64,000 nucleotides of DNA from Takakia lepidozioides. Taxonomy: Eukaryota; Plantae; Bryophyta. The position numbers were made by a program, and so were the translations under genes. The DNA lies in assembly GCA_030704615.1 (NCBI GenBank), contig CM060733.1, positions 14,198,001-14,262,000 on the forward strand. The letters are read 5' to 3'. The notes below the pieces were generated by a model. The model ran no database searches. It was not told the DNA's origin and was given only the letters and a program-made list of their open reading frames with translations. This document shows positions 24,621-38,149 of the stretch, piece by piece; positions within the stretch are counted from its first letter, which is position 1, and the number at the start of each line of letters is the position of its first letter.

Positions 24621-27600
24621 TCATTGGTTATGTTCCATGAGTTGGCCTCTGTCTGAAGGCCCCCGCAGTTCAGGGAGGGACCCAGTATCTTGGCAACCAA
24701 GGATGTTCTTCATCACTCCAAGAAAAGAATGCCTAGATTCAACCAGGGGATAAAGAATCGCAATAATAGTCGCAATCATTGCCCATACTATGGAGAGTAC
24801 CACCCAGAACCCAAAATAGCTCTGCACAGAAAACACACATGCTGCTGTGAGCTCAAATGATTTTGCTTTGCAGACTGTTTTAGCAGTATACCATGCCCAG
24901 TAATTTTCCCTAACCCTGTCACTCTGGGTGAGGTAGTTTACTTGTTGCAAGAAACAACACAGCCTCTCTCTTTCTCCAACTCTTGTTCGCCACCTCTTCC
25001 CCGTCCTCTCTGTCAGGCCTCAAACAGTAAGGCCAATTGTCTAGTTTGTTGCCAAAAGCCCATCGAAATATATCCCTGGCCAGTTGTCTCACGGCCAACA
25101 AACCTACAGCATCCATGTAATGGCAGGGCATCACACTTCAGAGTATAATCTGTTGGAGAGACGCATTTTGCTGTGACCTATATAAACTAGACTTAAGGTT
25201 ATCATTGAACGAGGCTCGGTCATGTGGTACATCTGTATCTTCGGGCTTCCATGGACATCATGGAATCTCTCTTCCTTTTGGCCTTCAGACCATTCATTTG
25301 CTACAGGCCTTATTGTACAGGGGCATACCTCTGAAAAAATACCGGCTGGAAGAGTAAGGAGAGGCCAAACAACCACCAGAAGCACACTTAGTCCGATGGA
25401 CACCACACAAGTAATGAGTAAAAAACGCAGGAGAGTGGAGGGCTCCTCCTTGTTGTAGTCCACAACCTTCACATCATCCAGTACCTCTATGTCCTGGAAC
25501 CTGGAAAAGTGGGAGTTCTTTAGTTGGCACATAAATGCCCTGCCCATTCAGGCCCCTCCCTTAGCAGAGGGTTGGGTAAAACGTACTATCAACAGAGGTA
25601 AGTTTACTGTGCTATCATAGCATTGTTGTCAAAGACCCTGTGCCAAATTTGCATGGAGCAGAAAGAGGTAGCAGGCAGGGAAAGAGTACTTAGAGTAGAC
25701 TACTCAAGCCTATCGAACTGACACAGTTTGAAGGGACTGAAATAGGATAACTGAGACAGTAGTGGAGTTAAAGAGAGAACCAAATTTGCAGAAAATAAAT
25801 CAGAAGACATGCACAGACATCTGGTAATTAAGCTCTAGATAACATCTATTGACACTGGTGTATGAAACCTGGAAACAAACTCGTTTACATTCTTTCTACT
25901 CAAACTCAAAATGGCACATGACAAACGGGTCAGTACCTTGCATAGCTTCCAGTTTTGTCAGGAGCAATGAGGGTCCAAAGGACACAGATGACAGCTGACA
26001 CTGTTATTGACACAATTGTGCCGTCCATGGTGGGGCCCAGCCTCTGCAGGGTATCGTTCACTGTGAGCCTGTTGTACACTACCTGTACTCACCCAAGAAC
26101 ACATGAATAAAAGGTCTGGAGGAAACAAAAAACTTCCTGAAGGAGATCTGGCCGGAACTGGTTTTATCTAGCAAGACTAACCACATGTGGCTCTGGCCCC
26201 TTCCTCACCTCCTCTCCTTTTCTGCTGTTCCAAACTAGGCTCATCACACAATGCTATAGAAGACCAGGCAACTGGTCGGCTATTCTTTCAATTTCTTTCA
26301 ATTGGAAGAATTAGCCACTTTCCACTCTTTCCCCAAATATCACATTTTTACATGTATGTTGCTAAAACATGGTGAGATGAAAGCTTTATGATTTGAGCAA
26401 AGAATTACCTTTGCATGAACCAGCCAGGCTATGATGGCGCAGATTTGACCACCCAGTGCACTGGCTATGGCAGCGCCTGCGGGCACTGCTGGCCACATTA
26501 GCATAAAAGTGAGAGGAGGAACCGCTGATGATACTAGCAGCCCAATCACAAGGAACAAGAAGTTTATGCTGATGTTGACCTGCAGACAAAAGATTGCATT
26601 AACACTAAACCTGTACCCAAGATGTTTTTTAATTGCTTCTTGGCTCACTTAGGTGTTACCAAAGCAACCAACTTGATTGGTGGGCTACAACTGGCCATAG
26701 AACCAGTTTTCTAGAATGAGGATGAGACTTGGGTAGCAAATTCACATGTAAGTAAGGCCTACTTCAAAGTTTTAGTTCTCAGACAGTACAACATGACTTT
26801 GCTATCTGCTTGGTGCCTGTTCATGAAATCTTTCAAAAGGGTTGGGAAATTACTGAGGCTGACCTTAAATAGGAAACAAGAGAATGCACCCATGGCAAGT
26901 CCGGTTATTAATACACAGAGACGAGAGACCAGCAGCAACTCCTTCCCATTCGCTTTTGGCCGCAAGTATTCCTGCATTTACCCAATGCTGTTTATTACTG
27001 CTTAATATAAATGTAACGAAGACTTTGCTGATGATCCCTGTAATTCTGACCTCTTGGCAATCTCTGTCCTAACACTGTCCTTTATCAAGGTAAGTCTTAC
27101 TACCGACGTCAGCCCCTGACTGAGGTAGGTTCTGTCCCTTATGTTCCGCTCAAACTGGGTGCGGGGTCAATGGCCACAAGGCTACGGCAAACAACATCTT
27201 ATGAGTACATTCTGTCCTAACACTGATATCAACATTAGCATCTATGATACGAGGTGAGCGCAGACCTTGTAGACATCGTAGGTGAAGAGGGAACTCATGG
27301 CTATGAACTCAGCAGACCCACTTGAAGTGACAGCCATGTAAACAATTGTTAACATCATCACAACGCCTCCTGCAGAAAAACCACCTTCATTTATTGTTGC
27401 TGCAGACATTGATTCCATCAAATAACCTAGCAGTTCAGAAGGTCAACAGATGCCCTCCAATGAAAGTACCGACAGATTCTTCCCGACTCTAGGAAGCAGG
27501 TAAAAGATAATGTACTCATAAGACGTTGTTTGCCATAGCCTTGTGGCCACTGATGGCTTGCATCCTGAGCTACGGCCAGACCAGTTCCAAGGGAACAATG

Positions 27601-30600
27601 GTGGCCGAGGACGAGGCAATGTAGTCCAGAGAGGTAGAGGAGGCAGAGGTCGGGGTGGAGGTCGTAACCAAAACCAAGGAGCACAGGATCAGGGTCAAGG
27701 TCATGACCAAGGCATGGTGGATAGACTTGCCCAGCTAGAGCAACGTCTTGTTGCCATGGCCACTACTCATGTTGCGCCAGCTCCAAGGCTTGAGGTTCAA
27801 GCCCCACCTACACAATCTCCTATGCCTAGGGAAGACCAGATTGGTATAGGCTTCATGTGCGGAGCCGCACTTACAGGGCCATTGCATGTATTGGACTCTG
27901 CTGCTGCTGTTACTCGAGCAGCAACGCATGCTCCTGAGCCAAGAGGAGCGGATGTGGATTTTGATCCACAAATGGGGGAAGCAAGTCGTCAGACAAGGCT
28001 TCCACAGTCCTTTACATTGGCTGAGACAGTGCCACCTATGCCATCGATGGCACCCGCTCGCCCAAGTGTGTCAGAGGTAGAGCCACGAGTGTCATTTGGG
28101 AGAGTTAGTGTGGCTCGGGAAATGCCAGTGGATGGTGCTGCAAAGCAAGGTGCAGCCAGTACATTGTTGGGGGCGGCTACGGCGGTTTGCCAAGCTCCAT
28201 TATTTTCTGCAATGACCATTGCAATGCCGGGGATTCGGCCAGCTGTTGTGTTCAGACTAACAGTTAGACTCTGTGAGAGTAGTGATGCATCGGCACTATC
28301 TGCGGAGATAGCAGATAAGATGCAGTCTATGGATGCTTTGGATTCGAGGGTGAAGTCAGCCACAGCTGCGCCATGGCAAGCAACAGCTGCAAGGTTGCAG
28401 GAGTTGTCAGCTAGGCCAGCCATTGAGCGCAGCATGGTGACTCCTGGGGTAGTCCTGGTGGACAATCAGGATGGAGTGTTTCAATTGGGTGGCCCAACTG
28501 GGAGGAGGTATAGGCCACTGCGGGTCTTGTTGGACTCAGGAGCACAGCCATTGATGTTGGGGAGAGTTGCTATTGCAGGTTTTTTTGAGCGGAACACAAA
28601 GAGACAGAAACTACCTTTGTCAGGGGCTGACGCCGGTAGTATGACTTTACCTTGAAACAGACAATTGATCCGCGTTTTCCAAATATCCTCTAGACATCCC
28701 TTCACACAAACATTGATCTGTTGCGTGTGAATTGCCCACTAACTAGACCCCAAAAGGCCTGGGCTTTTGGCTTAGCCTTGAGATTTTCAAAGTTGGTAAA
28801 CAGAGGTACAGGAACAATTCCTTGATAGATTTGAAGAGGGTGTCTCCCTGGTGAGAGTACCCAGGACAATGAGTCAGAAAGTGGATATTATCTTCAGGTT
28901 GCCCACACAACAGGCATTTGCAATCCTCCTTTCCTCTCTGCGTCTGTTTGCTGTTCAAAGGTAGGCTTCCCGCCCCGAGTTCATCGACTGGAAGCTCAAA
29001 GAGCTTATGAGACAAAAGGATGTTTGATACAAGTAGGAAGTTGAGCCCTCAAGAAGCAGCCCAAAAACAAGTAAGAAAAAGAATGAACTTAACTACGTCC
29101 ACAGTGAAATATAGATACCTCACCTCTGCCTAGAACATATTGAGCAGCAGCCACGGGAACCAAACCCTGTACGGCCTCATCTGCACTGATTGGAAGGTCA
29201 AGTGCCAAGGCGGCAAGGCCAAATGATGTAGCCAAGACCAGGGGTATAGGAATCCACAGTAATCCTCCAAGAAGGTAGCCTCGAAATGCAGCTTTTGGGA
29301 CAGCAGCTATTGCACTCTGTAGAAGGCATGCCTCTCTTTTCAAAACTCACTACTGCACCCTCCAATTCAAATGAAATAAAGAAAAGAATCTTATAACATC
29401 CACAGGTGCCCCAACCCATACATTAAAGTAGATAAACAAGGCACCCACATTCACATACACCCAATGCCACCCTAAGATGACACGCCTAGTGCAGCTAACC
29501 TGCCAGAGTTGAGTAGGAAGTGCGGACCTGGCTTAACATTGCCTCATGTTCTGATATACACACAAAAGTTGACATTTCTGAAGCTAAGAGATGGAAATTT
29601 GAAATACATGAAACAGGCGGAGTAATTTATGCAAGGCATGTGATGATGATGGATACTTTGGTTCTCCTAGACATTTGAGGTAGGATTTAGCTGTTCAGAG
29701 GCTACATGGCGCCAGCTATGTTATCTATCTTCCTCTTACAACGAACAAGCTCTTTAACAGCAGACCATGCAGCGCATATCCAATGGGTGAAACATGCTTT
29801 CTCCCCCTAGAAAAATCGAGAGTGCCCTTGCCTCACCTGCCAGTATGCTTGATCAGCCCACACAGTTCCGAAAGAACTGATGAAATTGAGAATGCCAAAC
29901 TCCAGGCCTCCTTTGCTGAACATGGTCAAGTAGTTCCCACCCTTGTTTCCTGCATGTCAACAGAGAGCTCTCTTAACAAGTCCAGTTCAATCTCTTTGGT
30001 TTTCTGCAACAGGATCACAAATACTTTTTAGTGTTTGCAGAAACTACTGTATACAAAGTGGGTGGCAGCAATTTGGAGGAACAGTGGGCAAGTGAGAGTA
30101 TTGCTGTTTTAGAGCACCGATGCCCAAATCATGGAATCTGTTACAACGTACTCACAACCTGTCCAAATATTTAATGCAATGTTCCTCTTTTCCCAACTGC
30201 TTGTGCATTCTCCTACCACAAAATTATTTCCCCCACAGATCTCAGCACATTGAAAGCCTAAGCATCCAAGTGCCAATAAGTGGGAAACTGGTTTACAGGA
30301 CCCTGACCACCTATAGTGTGGCCACAGTGCCTTATCTCCACTGAAGTAATACAGCTACAATCACCTTTCTGCAACTAGTCACTACAAATTGCACACTTCA
30401 GGAGAAGATTTCAAACCTCCGCTCTTAAAGGGTAGGAATCGCATGCCTGACAGAGAAGACAAGAGTAAGACAGCCATGCATAAAAGAATCTGACATACCT
30501 GAGACAGGGATGACAGAAGCATAAATGTTGAGGTTTTTGAAAACCGCACTAATGCTGCCTATTGGTTTCTTACTTGATGCATATACCTGCCATTTCCACA

Positions 30601-32987
30601 AAATCCCTTATTACAAACAGACACTCTCTCTCTATCTCAAGTAGATATTGGGATTGTTTAGGGCCCCACTTTTTCCCTTGTTTCGTGCATTCTTTTGTCC
30701 CATACTCTCTTAGAGCTTCCCCTGGACGCTGTAAAGTTTCTCTCTCTCTCTCTCACAAGCTATGTCTAATGACTACACCTCCCTACTATGTATGTGATAA
30801 ACTTCTCCCTCAGTTCGAGTTTCTCTTTGATGTGAGAAACAGGGGAAGTTGAATCTCTGGTTGCAGCAAAGGCCATGCTAAGAATTGGTAGCCCAGCTTT
30901 GGCATCAAGCACTGGGTAAGAAATTCAGAACGTTGGACTCCACATCACAAGCACCACTTTTGTACCAATTGACTCTGAACAGCAGGTAGCCCACCTTTAA
31001 CACCAGGCCACTTACTGAGAAGAAAAACAAATTTAGAGTGACGTAGATGATGATGGTGTGAAGGTAGGAGGAGATGAATGTAGCCTTGAGGCCACCCACG
31101 ATCGTGTACACCACAACAGTGATGGGTACCAGCATGAGTGCTGCATAGATGTTCATTCCTACACACATGAATGTTCAAATTCGTTCATTGTCAGTCATGA
31201 TAAATATTCCTCCTGCATGTTGCAACTGTTGGGAAACTTATTTCTCTATTGCATGATGATTGATGATGCTACTTCCAACTACTAAACCTATGGAATCTGT
31301 CAGAGCTCGACAAACATGCAGGTCAAAACTAGGCCAAAGAGAGATCTCAAACAACATTCACACACATGTCAGGGTTCACTCACCTGTGGAAGCAACAAGC
31401 ACATTCCCGGCTCCCAAAAACATAAGGGCACACACAAACACATTGTTGAGGTAACACATGTAAAAGAACACCTGCCATGGGTAGTTGAATTAGAAACTCA
31501 ACAGGTAGTCTGCTAATATCAACAATTTATATCAACAATATCAACAATTTATAACGCCACAATCCTTCGTAAATTGCTGTGGACGGAGTGGGGTTAAATG
31601 TACCATCTGATTCATAATACACTGTTTTTAAAGTATCTAACAGGACAATTTGGAGGTGAACACATTCGAGGATCACACCATGGTGGTAGCTAAAGCAAGG
31701 GGAAGTACAAGAGGAATGGCATAGTGATGGCAAAAGGGGAGCTTACTCACAAAGTTAGCAAAATGGCCCCATCGGCGCCGCACAAGCTCTAGCACTGTGT
31801 GTGCTTTGGGGGCTTTGCGCTTTATCTCAATGGCCACTGTCCCAAACAACAGTATCTGGACTGCTGACGTTGAGGCATACCTGCAACCAATTCAAGTGCT
31901 CAAGCGGATGAAACTCTTCCAGAGGAATCTCATCTGCGGATTGGACAAGAAATTCTATCAAAACAAAGAACATAAACAGTAGAAACAAATCTATACACAG
32001 TGAAAGCAAAATCTTCGCAAAATGTATACATAAGTAAACATTTTTCTACAGATGTCAAAACTGCCATAGTCCTCCTATATCCGACCTGTTCCATTTGCAA
32101 GAAATGAAGAACACCTTCCATTATAAGGTTACCAACATATAAACCTATGTGAGCTCTTAGGCTCAATCTCCTTGACATCCTTAATGCTGAGTTCAATGAT
32201 CCTATGAAAAAACACCGGTTTGGTACCAAAATGATCCGCTGATGCCATATGTGTAGGCCTCGTAGGTAGCTTGTAGCAATGTTGACACCCTGCACCCAGG
32301 AAGACACTCTTTGCTCACTTCACATAGAGCTTCTAAATTAAACTAAAGTCCGGGGGGTGGGGAGCAGGGGCGGGCAAAGGGGGAGGTGGTCTATAGATGC
32401 ACATTCGGGCGAGAGAGAGAGAGAGAGAGAAAAAGCGTGTCAATAAACCGACTGCAGGGACGGGCATTGCAAACATCTTCCAAAATCACTGGAGAGGAGG
32501 CTGGGCCATTTCCTCACCATGTCCAGTGGCTGACAACATCAACCGCAATGAGGCCTGTTTTGATGGAGCGGCCGGCAGTGTTGAACACCTCTGAGTCATA
32601 CCTGGTCCCCCCGAAATGTTGGTCCAAATACGTGAACAAGATCGTCACCGCAGCAAAGAATGCACCAAACCCGAGGATAATTGCGTAACCTACTCCCTGC
32701 ATTGACACTCCCTTCGTCAGCCTCTATCTCTCTCCCTCTCTCGGCGGACGCAAGCAAATTACACTTATTTCTTTCCCTTCCGTGAGTCAATGACTGCAAG
32801 TGTCCAGGCTAAAAGGACGGAGACAGTCTACTTCCTGCTTTTCGAGTATGAATGGTGATGAAAAATGTGAAATCGTCTGAGACATGGCTGAAGAAACTAC
32901 CTCGGAGAAAACGGCTTGGCCTGAGAAGAAGCTGCTTTTACTATCAAATTGATGCAGCCCGAACAAATTCTGGCCCCCGACCGGCAT
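24621..32987 (-). CDS. DUR3: DUR3-like urea/H+ symporter (sodium:solute symporter family), 15 exons, divergent
   Basis: Exons approx 32901-32987, 32518-32696, 32227-32289, 31751-31880, 31384-31471, 31015-31158, 30499-30586, 29837-29949, 29124-29317, 27266-27369, 26863-26971, 26410-26579, 25938-26082, 25330-25500, 24621-24820. Motifs [89 protein letters not shown]. Confidence 0.93.
27078..27210 (+). mobile_element. 133-bp 5'-truncated retroposed LINE 3' end with 15-bp target-site duplication, in a DUR3 intron
   Basis: tctgtcctaacactg at 27063-27077 and 27211-27225; the body matches, inverted, 27509-27553 plus 28584-28655. Confidence 0.85.
27505..29045 (-). mobile_element. 5'-truncated LINE (ORF2 C-terminal zinc finger plus 3' UTR) in a DUR3 intron, interrupted by a Gypsy fragment
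   Basis: ORF 28743-29015: [10 protein letters not shown]...[20 protein letters not shown]; 3' UTR homologous to the 133-bp copy. Confidence 0.78.
27554..28582 (+). mobile_element. Internal gag-protease fragment of a relative of the DNMT-Gypsy element
   Basis: Open frame sharing [49 protein letters not shown] and [13 protein letters not shown] with 17430-18367. Confidence 0.9.
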
Positions 32988-34489
32988 CCTGTCCTATCTG
33001 CGAGGCACAGATTTTCGTTTTACACTTGTCCTGCGAAGCTTTACAGAACGGTCTGGCCGTAGCAAGTGTCCCCCAACTGATTTCAAGCGTTACATCCGCT
33101 CCAAAGTATTCAGAATTTAAAATCGACCTAAGTTCTATCGGAATCCCTTACGGTAACAAAAACCAGTCTTCAACCTCTAGAACCTGAAGTCCGCAAATCA
33201 CCCGAACAAGACGAAATCCCACGGGTGGCCGCTTCTCCGCAAACGCAGCAGCCGTTGTAATTGACCTTGTGTGGAGCCTTAGTTTGAGGAGATGGCTACC
33301 AGAATCGCACCCCCTGCCTGTAACAAGCATCCGCACAGATGCTGCATGTGTGCAGGACAGTAATAAGAAACACCTACTTACAATCTCAAACTCCACGCTC
33401 TCTCTCTCTCCCTCGCTCATGCATTCTCGCACTCTCCCTCTTTCCCTCCCTTTTGTGCTATGTGAGCTGCGGACACAGATTCTCACTAGCAGGCTCGGCG
33501 CAGAGGTTTGGGTCCAAACCTATCTTGGTTCGGACCCACATTTGAATTACCGTGTTTTCATGATTGACAATCGCAGGATTCGCCAATTGATTGGGAAATT
33601 GGAAGATGACATATCTATCGTGATAGGGGGTCTATTTTGGGTGAGCAAAATGTAGAAAACGGAGACATCGATTGTGACGAGGATGACAATGACCACACGA
33701 CCATTGGCGTTAATGTGATATTGCTAGCTAGAAGAAGATCCAAACATAATAACAATATTGACTTCTTCCCAAGGGAGGGTAAATTATGGTGTCTCTTCAC
33801 CACAAGGGCTACTTGTCTTCCAGCTCAAAGGTGGACACCTTCATGACACACCGGACCGTGGTTTGAACCCACAACCACATCCAACGTGGTATGTGCCAAT
33901 TACCACTGGGCTACATGGTTGTCACTTCATTTTCATGGTGAGGGGTAGTGTCCCCTTTCTCAGCCTCCATGGCCTGTCATGTGAGGTCATGTTTTCCATT
34001 TTAATTTACTCTAGGCCTATCTCGATCGGGCCTTTGTTGAACTAGTAATGCACTTGTTGAGGGCATCATCGATCTCAGCACTTGCAACGAGGCAGTGATA
34101 TCACCACTCACTTGATTATCTCCATCTCCGTCTTGCAGATCTACAGGTTTCAGATTTTTATATATGAGGTAAGTTGCACGCGGGGGAAAGTTTCTCCCAA
34201 CAACACAAGCTTTCAAGAGAGTTACTCACAATCCTGATAAGAATATAGTGGGATTACTTATCTTGACGGTGAGGACCATCTTATGGGGATCTTATGCTCA
34301 GCACCACGAGCTGCCATGGTTGCAGAACTGCTTGGGGGATCCTAAGCCAAGTGCTCGAGTGGTTAACCTGGCCAAGCAAAGAGAAATCGCGGGCCTTACT
34401 CTTTTATACCGCCATCCTTTCGAGAGTACTCAAAACATGTACTGCTATAAGAATTTGTGGCTAAAGAAAGATTCTGGCCACCATCAGGA

Positions 34490-35290
34490 CTGCATTGAGC
34501 TATTCTAGAGTTCCATGCTCGTTCCATGCCGAAAATATAGTCAACCCAAATGTTTCCTTGGTAAGACACAAGCCACCACCATCTCAGGTAAGATATTCTT
34601 CGAGTTCTATCTCTAACAAATGCTAGCTCTGTGACATCATGCACCTGATGAAAGCCTGGAAGATTTTATTAAAACTCAAACATACATGAGTAAAACATCT
34701 CAAACATGAGAAAGAAACCTGGCTTCCGCAGGGGGCACTCATCAATGGCCGATGAGGCCACTCTATATGAAGGTGTCATCAGTAATCACAAAACAGAAAT
34801 AGCAGCAGTCAAGTTTTGAGAGGCAGAAGCATGCACTGGAGCTGATAAACCGCACCATATATTGTACTGCAAGCCTACATGTGACACATTACGGAACTAG
34901 TATTCGCGTAATATTCACCTCTGGTGCAAGTTCCGATTCAGGATAGACACAGTTTGTGAGCGTCTATCAAATGTGCAAAAACTTCATTTACACAACCAAG
35001 GGGAAACCCAACAGCTAGGGTGGCCACGAGGTAGAGATCAAGCATCTTATTTCAGCAAGGATGGAAAACAAAAACAATCGACACAAGTAGAAAGCACGGG
35101 CACTAGTTGTTAACACTTCCATTGAGAAGCTAACATGGTGCCCAACTACCCCACAACTATCAGCGTTAGATTAGTGTCTTCAATGCCCAATTGATATGAA
35201 CTCCCATGAAATAAGACCATTAGACTAGTGCACACGATTCTGGTTACCGAGCTTGTTATTCGAACTCTGACGCTGCAGTTTTCTAAATGT
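34490..35290. repeat. ~0.8-1 kb block duplicated in direct orientation at ~39800-40860 and ~46240-47280
   Basis: Shared ctaga(g/a)ttccatgc...tagtcaaccca, ggggcact(t/c)atca, gtcatcagtaa, gctaacatggtgccc and gtcttca(a/g)tgcccaa. Confidence 0.85.
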
Positions 35291-36133
35291 GACTGTCCTC
35301 ACTTATCCAAGGAAAATAAATGTTCTTAGAGTATCTCTCTGGAAGCGAAGAAGTCAGAAGAGAACTAAGGAAGCAAATGTGCCAATGCGCTCTCACTGTC
35401 AAAAAGATAGTTGGAAGGTTAGTTAAGTAGCTGACAAAAAAGATAATTGGATTCTGGCTGCGCGGTGCAATGCCCAATTGAAAGAGAGATTCCACAGAAG
35501 ACAAAGCGACCGGTAGTTTTGAGTCTTGATACAAGATCAGATACAAGCGATTTATTTATTGATAGCTCACTGCAGTAAAACGACTGCAGTCACTTATTTG
35601 AAGAGTATTTCATGACCTGCCCAACCCCATGCACGTCTCGACAAGGCACGATCGTGCCATGTTTTAGCTCTTCAGAGCTTGCTTGAAAATCGAAGTTCTA
35701 ACAATCTAGAATTGTTGGATCTAGATGCGGGGAAGTACACGCTCGTGTACAGCCTCACAAAGTCTACAACAAAATCTGGACCACCTTATTTCTATCCTAC
35801 GCAGTCTACACTAAAATCTAGTCCACCTCGTTGACAATCCTAGGACGGAACGGTGATGCTATCCCGCGGCAGGATTCAGCAGTCTACATCAAATCTAGAC
35901 CACCTTGTTGAAAATCCTGCGACGGAGCAGTGAATTAGCAGGATCCTCGCGTTCGCTTCCCTCGACCAGCTGCTTGTTCTGGCAGATCCAAGCGCGAAGC
36001 TCGGTTCCCATCTGCAATCTTCTCAATCACCATTTCCATTGAATGATTAAATCCACCTTTCCACGAGTTCGTTTAGAATCTCAAGCAACAAATTACTGAT
36101 CTCAACTAGATCTTGTAGCAATATTTGCACGCC

Positions 36134-37508
36134 TTACATATTAGCTGAATGAGATAGTACCCACCTTGCTGGTATGGAGGCTTCTATGCCAGCTGCGCAG
36201 GCCACCTCTTCGATGTCGAAGGGTAAGTTACGGTCAAACTCCTTCATAGCGTGCTTGTCCCCCTCCACCCTCTTCAGATGTGCCACGTGGTGTGATGCAC
36301 AGCGGACTTTCTCACCCTGCAATTACAGTAAATTATCAGAATTCTGCATCTTTCTGCATGTCAAGTGACGATTTCTCCGAACTCTACCGACCCCTCAAAT
36401 TTATCGTCGATAACCGGCATCAGAAACCAAGAGAACTTTCGATGAATCGGCAGCACAAACTCACCTCATTCTCGACGCAACGTTCGAGGAAGACCACAGC
36501 ACATGCATCGTTGGACTTAATCGCCTGCTGATGAAGATCATTTACCTTCTTGTACGCCACCTGTGAACACTCAACGAACCAGCCAATATCAACAAACAGA
36601 ACCATCTTCGTCTTGTTTATGTACAAAAATAGCGCCAAATGACTGTACTTTGTGAACGTACCTTGCATACTGCCAGCATCTCGCTGAAACCGTACAGCAG
36701 ATCAGACTGGTCCCTCTGTGAGAAGCGGTCGGAAGAGATCTGAGCAACAGACCCAATTTCCACCCTCGCACCGCGTTTGGCGAGAAACTCTATGACCCTC
36801 CAGCTATCGTTGATTTCGATTTGGGATTTAATCTGTTGGTAACAACATCACCAAACGTTAAGGTGAGATTTTGAACTCTAGCTAAAATGATAACACTTAC
36901 GCTTTGCAAATCAGCAGGATGAACTGATTACCTTGCAGTACAAGGCCACCCCGGGAAGCGCTACATTGTCATGGCTGAAGAAAGCCGATGCAGCAGCAAA
37001 AAGTGCTGCGGTATTGGCGTGATATCTGCAAGACGAGCCAAATGTCATTAGTGGACGAGTTCAACACAAAACTCGTCTTCCAACAGCCACCTGCATATAT
37101 GTATCCGGACGGGACGGTGACAATGCAAGAAATCACTTGAGATAGTGGGCCTTGAACGCACGCAATGCACTTATTGAGGGCGTTGTCGATCTCAGCGCTT
37201 GCTTGCGGAATGCGCGCCAATGAGGCACTCACATCACCCACTCTTACGCTCTTGATCTGCTCCATCTCCTTCTTGATCTGGTCCAGATTTTTCTGTTAAT
37301 TAGTAACGCAAGTTAAATGTTCCGATCGATATCTGCACAGTCTACATAAGAAAACAGAGTCACTTAAAGCTGCACTTGCTGAACATCAACTGGTCTCGAT
37401 TCTAGCTGGAGCCGAGAACTATAATATAAAATTTCACGTTCGTGACTGTAGCGGGCTGTTTACCTCCTCCGCACAAGGGAAGTCCGCGCCTCCAGCACGA
37501 AAGGCCAT
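36134..37508 (-). CDS. Divergent ferritin-like protein, copy A
   Basis: Exons 37464-37508, 37162-37277, 36932-37025, 36662-36832, 36465-36560 and 36134/36165-36316 (possible further exon from 36011). Motifs EE|IKKE, SLAR, FFSHDNVALPGVA, KRGARV, DLH..A...ND, HVAHLKRV, FDRNL. Confidence 0.82.
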
Positions 37509-38149
37509 TGTTTCCGGAAGTGTTGATAAATCTGTACGCTTACCTTCGAATGTGCACAACTTACTCAGAAGACCCAGTAACCAAACAATGCGAACTTTTG
37601 AATCGCTTTCTTTCTGTACTAACTAAAATTCTTGCAGCTGCGAAAGCAATGAACACAGGATAACTCACTCACTCACAGTCGATTGAGAAATGTCGCTACC
37701 GAGGTCTTGAGACAGATGCAGGTGAAGAGCACGAAGAAGGATTGTGAGATAACCAGAGAGAGATGGGGGTATGTATAGGGCTGGAACTGCGAGTAGAGCA
37801 GGGCTGCACACCCCCCACGCACTCCTCCCACGCAGTCAAGTGCGAGAGACCTGCACTTGCCCGAGCAGCCGCGGCATGCCACCCCATATGTCCACCTCGC
37901 ACTTGTGTGGCCCTGCATGCACTGCGGTTCACCACCAGTAATTCTGATCGTTTACGTTTTTATGTACTTTTTGTTTTTTTTAATGTACATTTGCTAGCCA
38001 TTTGTCTTAAAACTTCTACGTTTCTATCTAAATTTATTTGATATTATTTGATTTAGGAATTTACATGGCTGATGTAAGGTTATTTTTTCCTTACTTAATA
38101 AAATTTATCAGGGCTACAATCGCCCTGTTCACTATTTTAAGAAAAACCT

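Noticed and set aside
27078-27210. snRNA/snoRNA retrocopy
   Set aside because: Its sibling is contiguous with a LINE ORF2 C-terminus, so it is a LINE 3' end
27543-28655. 370-aa standalone gene
   Set aside because: Chimera of a Gypsy fragment and LINE UTR, antisense within a DUR3 intron
37673-37935. ORFs as a transit-peptide exon for the ferritin-like gene (also 43543-43806)
   Set aside because: They overlap TATA-like and UTR sequence and are not conserved in copy B, whereas the downstream ATG exon is shared by all three
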